Shown in pieces: positions 17,014 through 26,224 of a DNA stretch of 33,984 bases. The translations under genes and the position numbers were made by a program. Under the pieces are notes generated by a model. It was not told the DNA's origin, made no database searches, and saw nothing but the letters and a program-made list of their open reading frames with translations. The number at the start of each line of letters is the position of its first letter. Position 1 is the stretch's first letter. This DNA is from a virus (taxonomy: Duplodnaviria > Caudoviricetes). The DNA is taken from positions 1 to 33,984 of the IMG/VR virus record IMGVR_UViG_3300025138_000005. One strand, written 5' to 3'.

Positions 17014-17331
17014 ATGAGCAGCGAAGATAACAGTGATTCAAGTGATCCGCTGAAGGAATACCAATTTAAGCCGGGACAATCTGGTAATCCGAAAGGTAGG
17101 CCCAAGGGTACGAGCATACAACGGGCAATGCGTGAACTAATTGAAGACGGTGTTGGTGGCGAAAATTTGCAACAAGCACTTGCACGCGTAGCCATACAAA
17201 AGGCGTTAAAGGGCGATCACAGGTTTTATCAGTTAGTAATTGATCGAATAGACGGTAAAGTGATAGATAAAGTTGAAACTGATAACAAACTTGAAATTGT
17301 CGTAAAATACGAAAACGATGGCAACAGTTGA
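17014..17331 (+). CDS. terS: Terminase small subunit (DUF5681-type)
   Basis: QFKPGQSGNPKGRPKG motif, ALKGD...IDRIDGK; directly upstream of TerL. Confidence 0.8.
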   Translation: MSSEDNSDSSDPLKEYQFKPGQSGNPKGRPKGTSIQRAMRELIEDGVGGENLQQALARVAIQKALKGDHRFYQLVIDRIDGKVIDKVETDNKLEIVVKYENDGNS

Positions 17332-18502
17332 AATAACACTACCTAAATTGCATACAGGCCAAATACAGGTCTTTGACAACGCTGCACGTTTTAACGTGTT
17401 GATGTGTGGACGAAGATTTGGCAAAACTACATTTGGACAATGGATTGCAGTGGATGCAATACTCAAAGGCAAACGTGTAGGGTGGTTTAGTCCTAGTTAC
17501 AAATTTAGTGCAGATGTGTGGCGTGAATTAAAATTGATGCTGCAACCCATTATTAAGTCTGAAAACAAAATAGAAGGCAAGATGGTTGCACTTACAGGCG
17601 GGTCACTAGAAATATGGTCACTAGACAATAAAGACGCTGGACGGGGCCGTAAATACGGTTTAATCATTGTTGACGAGGCTGGCGTGGTTAAAGACTTAGA
17701 CCAAATTTGGCAACAGGCGCTAAGGCCAACATTGACCGATTACAAAGGGTCGGCGTGGTTTCTTGGCACACCTAAGGGACGTGGATTCTTTCAAAGGCTG
17801 TTTCAGATGGGGCAAGATGAAAAGCGTGAAGGTTGGAAGTCATGGCGATTACCTACGCTAGCCAATCCCCACATGCCTGCTGAAGAAATTGAAAGTGCTA
17901 GACGAGAACTACCACCTGAAATATTTGCACAAGAATATGAGGGTGTACCTGCTGATGACGGTGGTTGCCCATTTAACCTAAAAGCCATTGGTGAATGTAT
18001 TGCACCTATCAAATCTACAGACCCAATTATGTGGGGCGTTGACCTAGCCAAAAGCCAAGATTTTACTGTTGCGGTCGGTTTGGACGAAGAAGGTTGTGTA
18101 TGCAGACTTGAACGCTGGCAAGGTGATTGGTCGTTAACGTCCGTGAAACTTGCAAACATGATTGGTGAGCAAATGGCCGTTATTGATAGCACAGGTGTAG
18201 GTGACCCAGTTGTAGAAACCCTACAATCCAAATGTCCACTAGCAGAAGGTTTTAAGTTTACGCAAATGAGCAAGCAGCAAATCATGGAAGGTTTGGCTGT
18301 TGGCATACAAACAACTAAAGTACGGTTTCCTGATGGCTGGCTACGTGCTGAGTTGGAACAATTTGAATACGAATATACAAGGACGGGCGTACGTTACGAA
18401 GCACCTAGTGGTGTACACGATGACGGCGTTTGTGCATTAGCACTTGCATGGCATGGCTTCACAAACAGACTACGTTCTGCATTTTCTTACAAGGTAATCT
18501 AA
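17318..18502 (+). CDS. terL: Terminase large subunit
   Basis: Walker A CGRRFGKT, Walker B IIVDEAG, GTPKG, nuclease GVDLA...D and HDDGVCALALA. Confidence 0.95.
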   Translation: MATVEITLPKLHTGQIQVFDNAARFNVLMCGRRFGKTTFGQWIAVDAILKGKRVGWFSPSYKFSADVWRELKLMLQPIIKSENKIEGKMVALTGGSLEIWSLDNKDAGRGRKYGLIIVDEAGVVKDLDQIWQQALRPTLTDYKGSAWFLGTPKGRGFFQRLFQMGQDEKREGWKSWRLPTLANPHMPAEEIESARRELPPEIFAQEYEGVPADDGGCPFNLKAIGECIAPIKSTDPIMWGVDLAKSQDFTVAVGLDEEGCVCRLERWQGDWSLTSVKLANMIGEQMAVIDSTGVGDPVVETLQSKCPLAEGFKFTQMSKQQIMEGLAVGIQTTKVRFPDGWLRAELEQFEYEYTRTGVRYEAPSGVHDDGVCALALAWHGFTNRLRSAFSYKVI

Positions 18503-18505
18503 TAA

Positions 18506-20491
18506 ATGTTAAATTGGCTAAAAACGCTTTTTACTACTGAAATGTACAACCAAGCCTCTGTTAGAGTTTTGGAGGGTACAGGCAAGTACAACGCAAAGAA
18601 TTGGCCTTTTAACCATAGGGCTGCTGTTAAATCTTTTAACTCATGGGTCTATGCTGCTGCTAACGTAAATGCTTATGCTTGTGCTTCAACACCATTAAGA
18701 CTTTATGTACGTAATGACACCAGAAGAACAAAAGCCTTTAACACGAGAAAAGTCAACAGAGGCAGAAAATCATATTTACTAGGTGACTCAGGTTTGCAGC
18801 CTTCGATAAACACCATGCGTAAATTGATTGAGTTTGGTTCTGACTTTGAAGAGGTCACTGATTCGCACCCAGTAACAGATTTGTTATCTAAGGCTAACCC
18901 ACACTTTAACGGGTTTGACCTGACTACATTACGTATTTTATATGGTGAGTTGACCGGCAACGCATATATGCAGGTTATATGCGATGAGCAGTTAGGCATA
19001 CCAAAGCAACTTTGGCCTATGCCGTCACAATGGACCTACGTAAATCCAAGCCGTGACAACTTCGTGCAATCCTATACGTATGGTGCGCCGGGTAATGAAG
19101 ATTTAGAGTTTATGCCTGAAGAGGTTATACACTTCAAACGGCCAAACCCTAATGACTTGTTTTACGGCATGGGCAAGGTAGAAGCGGCATGGGGAACTAT
19201 TAACGTAAACCATGCGGTACACGAAATGGACCAAGCCACATATGCAAATCATGCTAGACCTGACTACGCAGTCATTGTAAAAAATGGTGCTACAAGTCAA
19301 AATCTAGAGAGATTTGAGTCTTACGTACAAGAGCAATTGCAAGGCACTAAAAAATCTGGCAAGTTCTTAACTATGACTGGTGATGTGCAGTTGCAGCCTT
19401 TGAACTTTCCGCCTAAGGATTTGGCTGGACGTGAAGATATTGTTGAAGAGATTGCAGCAGTATTTGGTGTGCCTGTCAGTCTGCTTAAGGCAAACGATCC
19501 TAACTTGGCCAGTGCCAAAGTCGGATATTCACAATGGCGTGAAGGCACAATTTTACCTTTGCTACGCATGGACGAAGATGTACTTAACCAAATATTCTTA
19601 CCTATGTTTGGTTTAGGTGATGATGCCGTTCTAGCCTATGACAACCCGGTTCCAGCAGACAAGCAATTTGAATTGCAAGAAAGAACTACATTAGTCAGTG
19701 CAGGATTGATGACGCTAAACGAGGCTAGAGAAGAAAGCGGACGTGAAGCATATGATTCTGAAATTGCAGAAGAACCGATTATAGGCGGTATGCCTATAAG
19801 CCAAATAGGTCAGCAACCAACAGACCAGTTTGGTGGGATGTTTGGCGGACAAAGCCCACAGCAACCACAAATGCAAATGCCACAAAGCAGGCAAGAAGCA
19901 AACACGCAAATTGATCCACTACAAGAAAAAGACGCAGTGTTTAGCGATGTTGGTAAAACAGAGGTAACCTTTCCTAGCGAAAGTAAACCTTTAAGCGGGT
20001 CGCAAATATCAGCAGTTAACGACACGCTAGAAAAGGTACGCAATGGCTTGTTAACTGAAATTGCAGCAAGATTAGTAATTGCTGCTGCTGGTGTTCCTGA
20101 GTCTAACGCTGCAAGAATGGTAGAAGGGCAGTCGCCAAAGCGTGACCAAGAAAACCCGCTAAACCGGATGCCAAGACAAAACTGTGAAGAAGGTTGTGAT
20201 GAACCATTTGGCGATGAGAAAGATGACTTAATGGTTAAAGACGAAACCGATAATTGCGTAGGCAACAAGATAGATGTGCTTATGGATGAGGGTTACGATA
20301 GAAACCAAGCAGTAGCAATTGCAACTTCTATGTGCAACAAAGCCGTAGACACTATGATTGCTGATCTACAAAAGTCTACCGATCTTGACAAAGACGCTAT
20401 ATCTTACAAACGTAAAACGGCAATGATTGCCAAGTTAGACAAGATGCGAGAATCCCGGTATTTTGAAAGTCTCGTAAACAAAACTAATTGA
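18506..20491 (+). CDS. Portal protein (HK97 family) with long C-terminal extension
   Basis: WVYAA, LTGNAY, EEVIHFK.PNP...YGMG, EEIAAVFGVP, MTLNEARE; follows TerL. Confidence 0.92.
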   Translation: MLNWLKTLFTTEMYNQASVRVLEGTGKYNAKNWPFNHRAAVKSFNSWVYAAANVNAYACASTPLRLYVRNDTRRTKAFNTRKVNRGRKSYLLGDSGLQPSINTMRKLIEFGSDFEEVTDSHPVTDLLSKANPHFNGFDLTTLRILYGELTGNAYMQVICDEQLGIPKQLWPMPSQWTYVNPSRDNFVQSYTYGAPGNEDLEFMPEEVIHFKRPNPNDLFYGMGKVEAAWGTINVNHAVHEMDQATYANHARPDYAVIVKNGATSQNLERFESYVQEQLQGTKKSGKFLTMTGDVQLQPLNFPPKDLAGREDIVEEIAAVFGVPVSLLKANDPNLASAKVGYSQWREGTILPLLRMDEDVLNQIFLPMFGLGDDAVLAYDNPVPADKQFELQERTTLVSAGLMTLNEAREESGREAYDSEIAEEPIIGGMPISQIGQQPTDQFGGMFGGQSPQQPQMQMPQSRQEANTQIDPLQEKDAVFSDVGKTEVTFPSESKPLSGSQISAVNDTLEKVRNGLLTEIAARLVIAAAGVPESNAARMVEGQSPKRDQENPLNRMPRQNCEEGCDEPFGDEKDDLMVKDETDNCVGNKIDVLMDEGYDRNQAVAIATSMCNKAVDTMIADLQKSTDLDKDAISYKRKTAMIAKLDKMRESRYFESLVNKTN

Positions 20492-20501
20492 TTGGCATAT
20501 T

Positions 20502-23500
20502 GTGCTTAAATACACAAATACGTATCTAGATCAAATAGCAATTAAGGCTAGTGATTGCGGTGCTACAGGTGGACCCGGACCCGGCGGCGGTGGTTTTACG
20601 CAGGGCAATGACTGTGGGGGGGGTGACGGCACTGCAAGCACTTACAGCAAAGAAGAAATTGCAAAAGTCACTGACTGGGCTAATGCAAACTTTAAAAACA
20701 AAGAAGCAGCCAAAAAATTTGTAGATTGGTTCACAGGTTCACGAGTCTTAGACGAAGACGGCAACCCGATTGTTGTATATCACGGCACACAGAGGCCAGA
20801 CAGATTACACAACGTATTTGACCCTGAACGTGCAACAAGTGGTCCAATGGCGTTTTTTACAGATGATGCAGAAATTGCAGGTAAATACGCTACTGGTAAA
20901 AGAGATACAAGTTTAGAAAGAGCAGGCGATTACCACGGATGGTTTGAGGCAGAAGTAAACGGAGAAACAGTAGACCTTAAAGAGGCATGGCGTAAGTTGC
21001 CTAGAGAAAAGCGTGAAGAGATAGCAAGCAAATTACCCCACGTTACAAATATAGACAAAGACGGTGTAGCAACTGATACTTACAGATTAGGTGATAAAGA
21101 CGAATGGGGCTTATCTGGTGAAGGGCATTGGGATTGGACAATTAAGCAAGAAGCAAAAGGAAATGTACTTGACGCTGCTAAGCAAATTTGGCTAGACGGC
21201 GGTGGTCTATACAACAGTGAAAAAGAATTTTTAGAAGTTTTAAAATTAGGTGGTTTTGACACTGACGTAAAATATAAAAACCCAGACGCTGCTTTTCCTG
21301 CTGTTTACGCAGTACACCTGAACATAAAAAATCCATTAGACACAAGCAAAATACCTGCAAAGGTTATTGACGCTATAACTGAAGCAGCAGAATACGCACC
21401 TCCGGCATTGCCTGATGGATATGGTGCAGATGATTGGGACAAACGCACAAAAGACCCTACATATTGGATAGAGCGTTTAAACGAAGGCGATAAATTTGTA
21501 TGGTCTAGTATTCCTGATTTTGTTACAGAGACATTAAAAGAAGAGGGTTATGACGGCATATTTGATACTGGCGGCAAAATGGGTGGCAAACCACATACCG
21601 TCTATATTCCGTTTGAAAGCGAGCAAATTAAATCATCTATTGCCAACAGCACATTTGACCCTAACGATCCAAACATAAATAAAGCAGCATCTAATTGTGG
21701 TGCTAGTGGTGGTGCTAGTGGTGGATTTAAAGAAGGTAATACGTGTGCAAGTGGTGACGGCACTTCTAGCACAGGCACAATAGAAGTAGACAAAGACAAA
21801 CAAAAACAGCAGCAAGATACACCAAAGTTTAAAAATTGGTTTGGTAATTCTGTAGTTGCCAATGCAGACGGTAGCCCATTAATTGTTTACCACGGATCAC
21901 CTGACGTACGCGATATTATGGTCGAAGGTTTTCAGATGGGTTACAACAGAGCAGATAATGGTTGGTTTTTTACTAACAAAGAATCTGTTGCAAACACCTA
22001 TGCTGATGAACATAGAGCGTGGGATTTTCAAAAAGCAGAACCGCACGTTATACCTGTTTACCTATCTATACAAAACCCTGATGTTATTGACGCAAAGGGT
22101 CGTAAATGGCGTGAAACCGAAAAGCATGTTGCAAGGGCTAAGGCAAATGGTCATGACGGCATAATTATTAGAAACAGTAGAGATGAATACAACAACGTAT
22201 CTACAGGCGGTGAAATGTCTGATGTATATGTAGTATTCGACAACAAGCAAATTAAAAGCGGTATGACTGGCCCGCTTAAAAGTAGAGTAGACGGCAAAGA
22301 AATTGGTGGCGGTCCTAACAGTGGTGCATTTAGTACTTCTGACGCAAACATACTTAAATCATCTGACTGTGGTGCTACTGGTGGTCCAAACAATGGTTTT
22401 GCAACAGGTAACGATTGTGCCGCTGGTGACGGCACTTCTACAACTTCTGGTGCTTCAAAGATACAAAGCAAGAAAGATGCAGTTGCAAAAATAAGAGAAC
22501 AACCCGACAACATTATGAACGGTTGGTTTCGCAATGGCGATAAAAACTATAAGCCAAGATTAGCGAAGTTAATACAGGATGATCCTGAACTACGTGAATC
22601 TGGCAATAGAATTATGTACGACAACTGGAAAAACACCATTGCTTGGAAAAAACCAGAAACTGAAAATTGGTCATACGAAAAGTTTATGGACACGCCCACT
22701 GTTTTATATCGTGCAGGTTCTGTACGTAAGAATGATTCGTTTCTTTCTTTCACGCAAGATATAAAAATGGCAGAGCGGCACAGGGATTCGGGCATTGGTG
22801 GTAGTGGTGCAAGAGGCGGAGAAATTACCAAGATAACTTTAAAGCCTAGACAGACATGGGGTTCTTATACAACTACGGCAGAACTAGAAATTTTAGTGCC
22901 GCCTTCTGAAATTCCTGAAACTGCATTTACTAAATCTGCTTCTGGTTGTGGTGCAACTGGCGGGCCGGGTCCGGGTGGTGGAGGGTTTACGTCTGGCAAT
23001 GATTGTGCAGGTGGTAGCGGCGGGTCAGCATCTAACAATGGTGCTACTAAGCAGTCAATAGACGAGTACAAGACAAGTACGCAAAGCAAAATTGACGAGT
23101 TAAAAACTAAATTAGATGACGCTGAAAAAGAAACAATGAAAGAACGCCGAGCAGTTGACGAATTAAGAAGTAAATACGGAAAAGATGACCCACGCTATAG
23201 AGAAGCGCTAAAGACAAGTAACGAAAACATTGACGCAACAAACGCTATTGCAAAAGAGTATTACAAACGTCAAAGACAACTTGAAATAGTAAAAGATGGC
23301 AAAAAAATAGAACAAGCACAAAACCTTGAAATTGCAGAAGGTTTAGATATTAATCCAGTTGTTGCTAACGCTCTCTTAGAAAATGCGTTGTACAAACCAT
23401 ATATGGACCACAGCAAAGAAAATGCTGACAGATACAAGTACACGTTGACTGAACAAGGAACTTTTAGTTCTTTTAATAATTCTGATACTTACGATTTTGT

Positions 23501-25766
23501 GGTTGAACCTATAGAAGAATTTGACAAGCAGCCTTTAAACACAATTGAAGAAATACCAGACCGTGAAGGATACGTATACAGAGGTATGAGCAACGAAGAA
23601 TGGCAACTAACAAAAGAACGCGGTTACTTGCAATCTGCTGGCACATTAAACATTGGTGATGGACAAGATGGCTTAACTTTTTACGGTGGTTCTAGAACAG
23701 CAGAGTTGTACGCTAACGGTTTTACACATCCTGAGTTTAAGCCAACAAAAGGCAAGCCCGGCGTTGTTGTAGAAATACCACGTTCTTTAGTCATGGATCA
23801 TACTGATGACGAAAACATACCACGTTCTGAATTTGCACACACTGGATCAGTTCCTATAGATAAAATTGAATCCAGATTTGAGTTACATGCGGTTGGTAGT
23901 ACAAAGGGTAAAATTAGTTTAACACATCAGAATCGTGAAAAATATAATACGAGTTATAACGCACCATCTGTACAACACGCTATTAAGCAGGTAGGCGTTA
24001 AAAAGAAACTACCGCCGGGTGACAACGTAGCCAAACAACAGGCACAAATTAAAACACCATCATTTAAGAATTGGTTTAAAGGTTCTAAGGTTGCTAAGAA
24101 GGACGGCAGCCCATTAGTTGTACATCACGCAACAGATGCAAACTTTGATGAGTTTAAGGTTCCTGCATATTTTACAACCAACAAAAGATACGCAAATGAC
24201 ATGAATCGTAAACGTATTGTGTCTACGTATTTGTCTATCAAAAACCCTGCTGATCTTCGCAAGTTAAAAATTAGCCCTAGTAGATCAGACTTTGCAGATG
24301 TTGCTAAGGAATTAAAGAAGCAAGGGTATGACGGTGCGCAATATCGCAACGAGGCTTACATTGCATTTGACCCTAAGCAAATCAAATCTGTAACTGATAA
24401 CACAGGCGACTTTGACGCAAACATACCTGACATGCGAAAGGGTTTTGCTAAGGCTTCAGATTGTGGGGCTACTGGCGGTCCACAAGGCGGTTTTACTGTG
24501 GGCAACGATTGTGCTGCTGGTGATGGTAGTGGCGGCAAAATAGAAACCAGCAAGCAAAGAAGTGGCCCGATATCTAGAGACGAAGCAAAAAGAGCAAAAG
24601 AATTGTTTGATGCAGAAGAACAAATTAAAGACGAGTGGGATGATGAAGTACAAATAGATGGCGAAACGTCTGATGGTAATCAATACGAACTTTGGCTAGA
24701 AAGCCAAGAAAATAAATGGTTAGATGAAGATAATGATTTATTAGTGACAGATAATTATCAAGGTGATTATTGGAGCGAAATTCCTGACGATACAGAATGG
24801 GAATTAAATAATACAACCGAAAAACTTGCAGGTGACGGTTCTATTCCTGACGGGTCAGAATTGTTAGATGACGTAGCCAAGTTTTATACAAAAAAGGGTG
24901 ACGGAATAGTTAACAGTCATTTGCGTAATGGTTCAACAAGAGACGCTAAAAAATTCGCATTCAAATCTACAAACTTAAATGAAACTAAATTACAAGATGC
25001 AGCACAATCTTTAAACAAAGATTTTACAACTGAAAATTTAGATGACCTGCAAAAACAATCTAGGCTTGCTACTAACGCTACTAGAGATATTTATAGTTAT
25101 TACGATGAAGTAAAAAGTAGTTGGCTAGAAAGAGGAACGCAAGAGACAAAGATAGAACTAAATGATTTTGGATACGCTGTTGAGGCTGCTGAACGTACTG
25201 GCCTTGCTACAGGCAGATCCATACAACAGTACAAAGATGGTAAAATTGACAAAGCAACGCTTTTGCAAAGGGTTAACCTTGCCAGTGAGTTCCAAACAGA
25301 TTTAGCAAATAAAACTAATGCACTTGTTAAACGAATGGACCAAGACGCAGTTTATCGCATAAAGCAATTAGACAAAATTACTAACTTTGAAATTAGAGGC
25401 GGCAAACCATTTACTGTTTACCGTGGTATAGGCGTTGACAATGCTAAAGATTTGCGGTTGTTTGATTCTTTGCTAAAGGCAAAAGTAGGTGCAAAATACA
25501 AAATGAAGGCTTACGGGTCTTCGAGTCTTGACCGAAAACAAGCAATGTCTTTTGCTACTGAAATGAGCGGAAAAGATTCTGTAAGCATTTTGCTCAAAGT
25601 AAAAACTACAAAAGGTGCTTTTATAGATAAATACAGCGAGTATAAAGGCGAAAAAGAAGTTTTGTTGCCAAGAGGTTCTACGTACAAAGTCAATTCTAAA
25701 AAACTTGTTAGACGTGACAAAAACGGACAACTGACGTTGTTTGTTGATGTAACTAGGGAAGACTAA
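20502..25766 (+). CDS. Giant polyvalent protein with about 6 ADP-ribosyltransferase-like domains and 5 Cys/Gly linker repeats
   Basis: Three ART-PolyVal-like domains (F..WF..S.V...DG.P.VVYHG...FFT/YFT...L.I.NP...G[YH]DG...F...QIKS), two R-type ART-like domains (LYRAG..SFT..ELEILV; VYRGMS..EF) and a C-terminal VIP2/Alt-like ART (VYRG..SSS..EKEVLLPRG). Confidence 0.8.
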   Translation: MLKYTNTYLDQIAIKASDCGATGGPGPGGGGFTQGNDCGGGDGTASTYSKEEIAKVTDWANANFKNKEAAKKFVDWFTGSRVLDEDGNPIVVYHGTQRPDRLHNVFDPERATSGPMAFFTDDAEIAGKYATGKRDTSLERAGDYHGWFEAEVNGETVDLKEAWRKLPREKREEIASKLPHVTNIDKDGVATDTYRLGDKDEWGLSGEGHWDWTIKQEAKGNVLDAAKQIWLDGGGLYNSEKEFLEVLKLGGFDTDVKYKNPDAAFPAVYAVHLNIKNPLDTSKIPAKVIDAITEAAEYAPPALPDGYGADDWDKRTKDPTYWIERLNEGDKFVWSSIPDFVTETLKEEGYDGIFDTGGKMGGKPHTVYIPFESEQIKSSIANSTFDPNDPNINKAASNCGASGGASGGFKEGNTCASGDGTSSTGTIEVDKDKQKQQQDTPKFKNWFGNSVVANADGSPLIVYHGSPDVRDIMVEGFQMGYNRADNGWFFTNKESVANTYADEHRAWDFQKAEPHVIPVYLSIQNPDVIDAKGRKWRETEKHVARAKANGHDGIIIRNSRDEYNNVSTGGEMSDVYVVFDNKQIKSGMTGPLKSRVDGKEIGGGPNSGAFSTSDANILKSSDCGATGGPNNGFATGNDCAAGDGTSTTSGASKIQSKKDAVAKIREQPDNIMNGWFRNGDKNYKPRLAKLIQDDPELRESGNRIMYDNWKNTIAWKKPETENWSYEKFMDTPTVLYRAGSVRKNDSFLSFTQDIKMAERHRDSGIGGSGARGGEITKITLKPRQTWGSYTTTAELEILVPPSEIPETAFTKSASGCGATGGPGPGGGGFTSGNDCAGGSGGSASNNGATKQSIDEYKTSTQSKIDELKTKLDDAEKETMKERRAVDELRSKYGKDDPRYREALKTSNENIDATNAIAKEYYKRQRQLEIVKDGKKIEQAQNLEIAEGLDINPVVANALLENALYKPYMDHSKENADRYKYTLTEQGTFSSFNNSDTYDFVVEPIEEFDKQPLNTIEEIPDREGYVYRGMSNEEWQLTKERGYLQSAGTLNIGDGQDGLTFYGGSRTAELYANGFTHPEFKPTKGKPGVVVEIPRSLVMDHTDDENIPRSEFAHTGSVPIDKIESRFELHAVGSTKGKISLTHQNREKYNTSYNAPSVQHAIKQVGVKKKLPPGDNVAKQQAQIKTPSFKNWFKGSKVAKKDGSPLVVHHATDANFDEFKVPAYFTTNKRYANDMNRKRIVSTYLSIKNPADLRKLKISPSRSDFADVAKELKKQGYDGAQYRNEAYIAFDPKQIKSVTDNTGDFDANIPDMRKGFAKASDCGATGGPQGGFTVGNDCAAGDGSGGKIETSKQRSGPISRDEAKRAKELFDAEEQIKDEWDDEVQIDGETSDGNQYELWLESQENKWLDEDNDLLVTDNYQGDYWSEIPDDTEWELNNTTEKLAGDGSIPDGSELLDDVAKFYTKKGDGIVNSHLRNGSTRDAKKFAFKSTNLNETKLQDAAQSLNKDFTTENLDDLQKQSRLATNATRDIYSYYDEVKSSWLERGTQETKIELNDFGYAVEAAERTGLATGRSIQQYKDGKIDKATLLQRVNLASEFQTDLANKTNALVKRMDQDAVYRIKQLDKITNFEIRGGKPFTVYRGIGVDNAKDLRLFDSLLKAKVGAKYKMKAYGSSSLDRKQAMSFATEMSGKDSVSILLKVKTTKGAFIDKYSEYKGEKEVLLPRGSTYKVNSKKLVRRDKNGQLTLFVDVTRED
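20544..20630 (+). repeat. Linker repeat 1 KASDCGATGGPGPGGGGFTQGNDCGGGDG
   Basis: Seen in translation. Confidence 0.9.
21681..21761 (+). repeat. Linker repeat 2 KAASNCGASGGASGGFKEGNTCASGDG
   Basis: Seen in translation. Confidence 0.9.
22356..22433 (+). repeat. Linker repeat 3 KSSDCGATGGPNNGFATGNDCAAGDG
   Basis: Seen in translation. Confidence 0.9.
22932..23021 (+). repeat. Linker repeat 4 KSASGCGATGGPGPGGGGFTSGNDCAGGSG
   Basis: Seen in translation. Confidence 0.9.
24450..24527 (+). repeat. Linker repeat 5 KASDCGATGGPQGGFTVGNDCAAGDG
   Basis: Seen in translation. Confidence 0.9.
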
Positions 25767-25769
25767 ACA

Positions 25770-25856
25770 ATGAAAAAACCTGAAACTAGAGAATTAGACG
25801 ATTGGGACATGGTTTTAATTGAAGAAGACAATGATGAACAACCAACACAAGCCTGA
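25770..25856 (+). CDS. 28-aa acidic peptide MKKPETRELDDWDMVLIEEDNDEQPTQA
   Basis: Read by hand; AGGGAAG upstream; ATG 3 nt after the giant ORF stop. Confidence 0.5.
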   Translation: MKKPETRELDDWDMVLIEEDNDEQPTQA

Positions 25857-25965
25857 CGTGGCAGAAATACGCGAAAGGTTTGCTGAGTTGTGGTCTAGCC
25901 TTGGTGTAGATTATTCCGATGAAGAAATAAAACAGATGTTTCTAATAGAGTTGGGCGACGAATAA
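25831..25965 (+). CDS. 44-aa acidic helical peptide MMNNQHKPDVAEIRERFAELWSSLGVDYSDEEIKQMFLIELGDE
   Basis: Read by hand; overlaps the previous ORF; stop abuts the AAGGAG RBS of the next gene. Confidence 0.55.
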   Translation: MMNNQHKPDVAEIRERFAELWSSLGVDYSDEEIKQMFLIELGDE

Positions 25966-25975
25966 GGAGAAAAAA

Positions 25976-26224
25976 GTGGGGGAATTAGAAGGCCACATTA
26001 TTGAGTGGTTCGTGTCGGGCGTGGGTTTAGCAGTTGTAAGTCTCATTGGGTTTGTTTGGCGCATTAGTCACAAGGTCAACGAGTTAGAGAAAAGGCTACA
26101 GGGACAACAAGAACTTAGAATGTCTGACATGATTCAAATTAGAAAAGATATCGATTACGTAGTATCTAAGGTGGACAAAAACGAGGATAAAATGTATTCA
26201 ATCGTGAGAAATCCAAATAAATGA
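25976..26224 (+). CDS. Single-TM coiled-coil protein (holin-like)
   Basis: AAGGAG + GTG; TM WFVSGVGLAVVSLIGFVW then a coiled coil. Confidence 0.6.
   Translation: MGELEGHIIEWFVSGVGLAVVSLIGFVWRISHKVNELEKRLQGQQELRMSDMIQIRKDIDYVVSKVDKNEDKMYSIVRNPNK

Noticed and set aside
20544-24527. Linker repeats as a CRISPR array or DGR template/variable repeats
   Set aside because: They are in-frame, conserved mainly at protein level, spaced 0.5-1.5 kb apart, and no cas or reverse transcriptase gene is visible.
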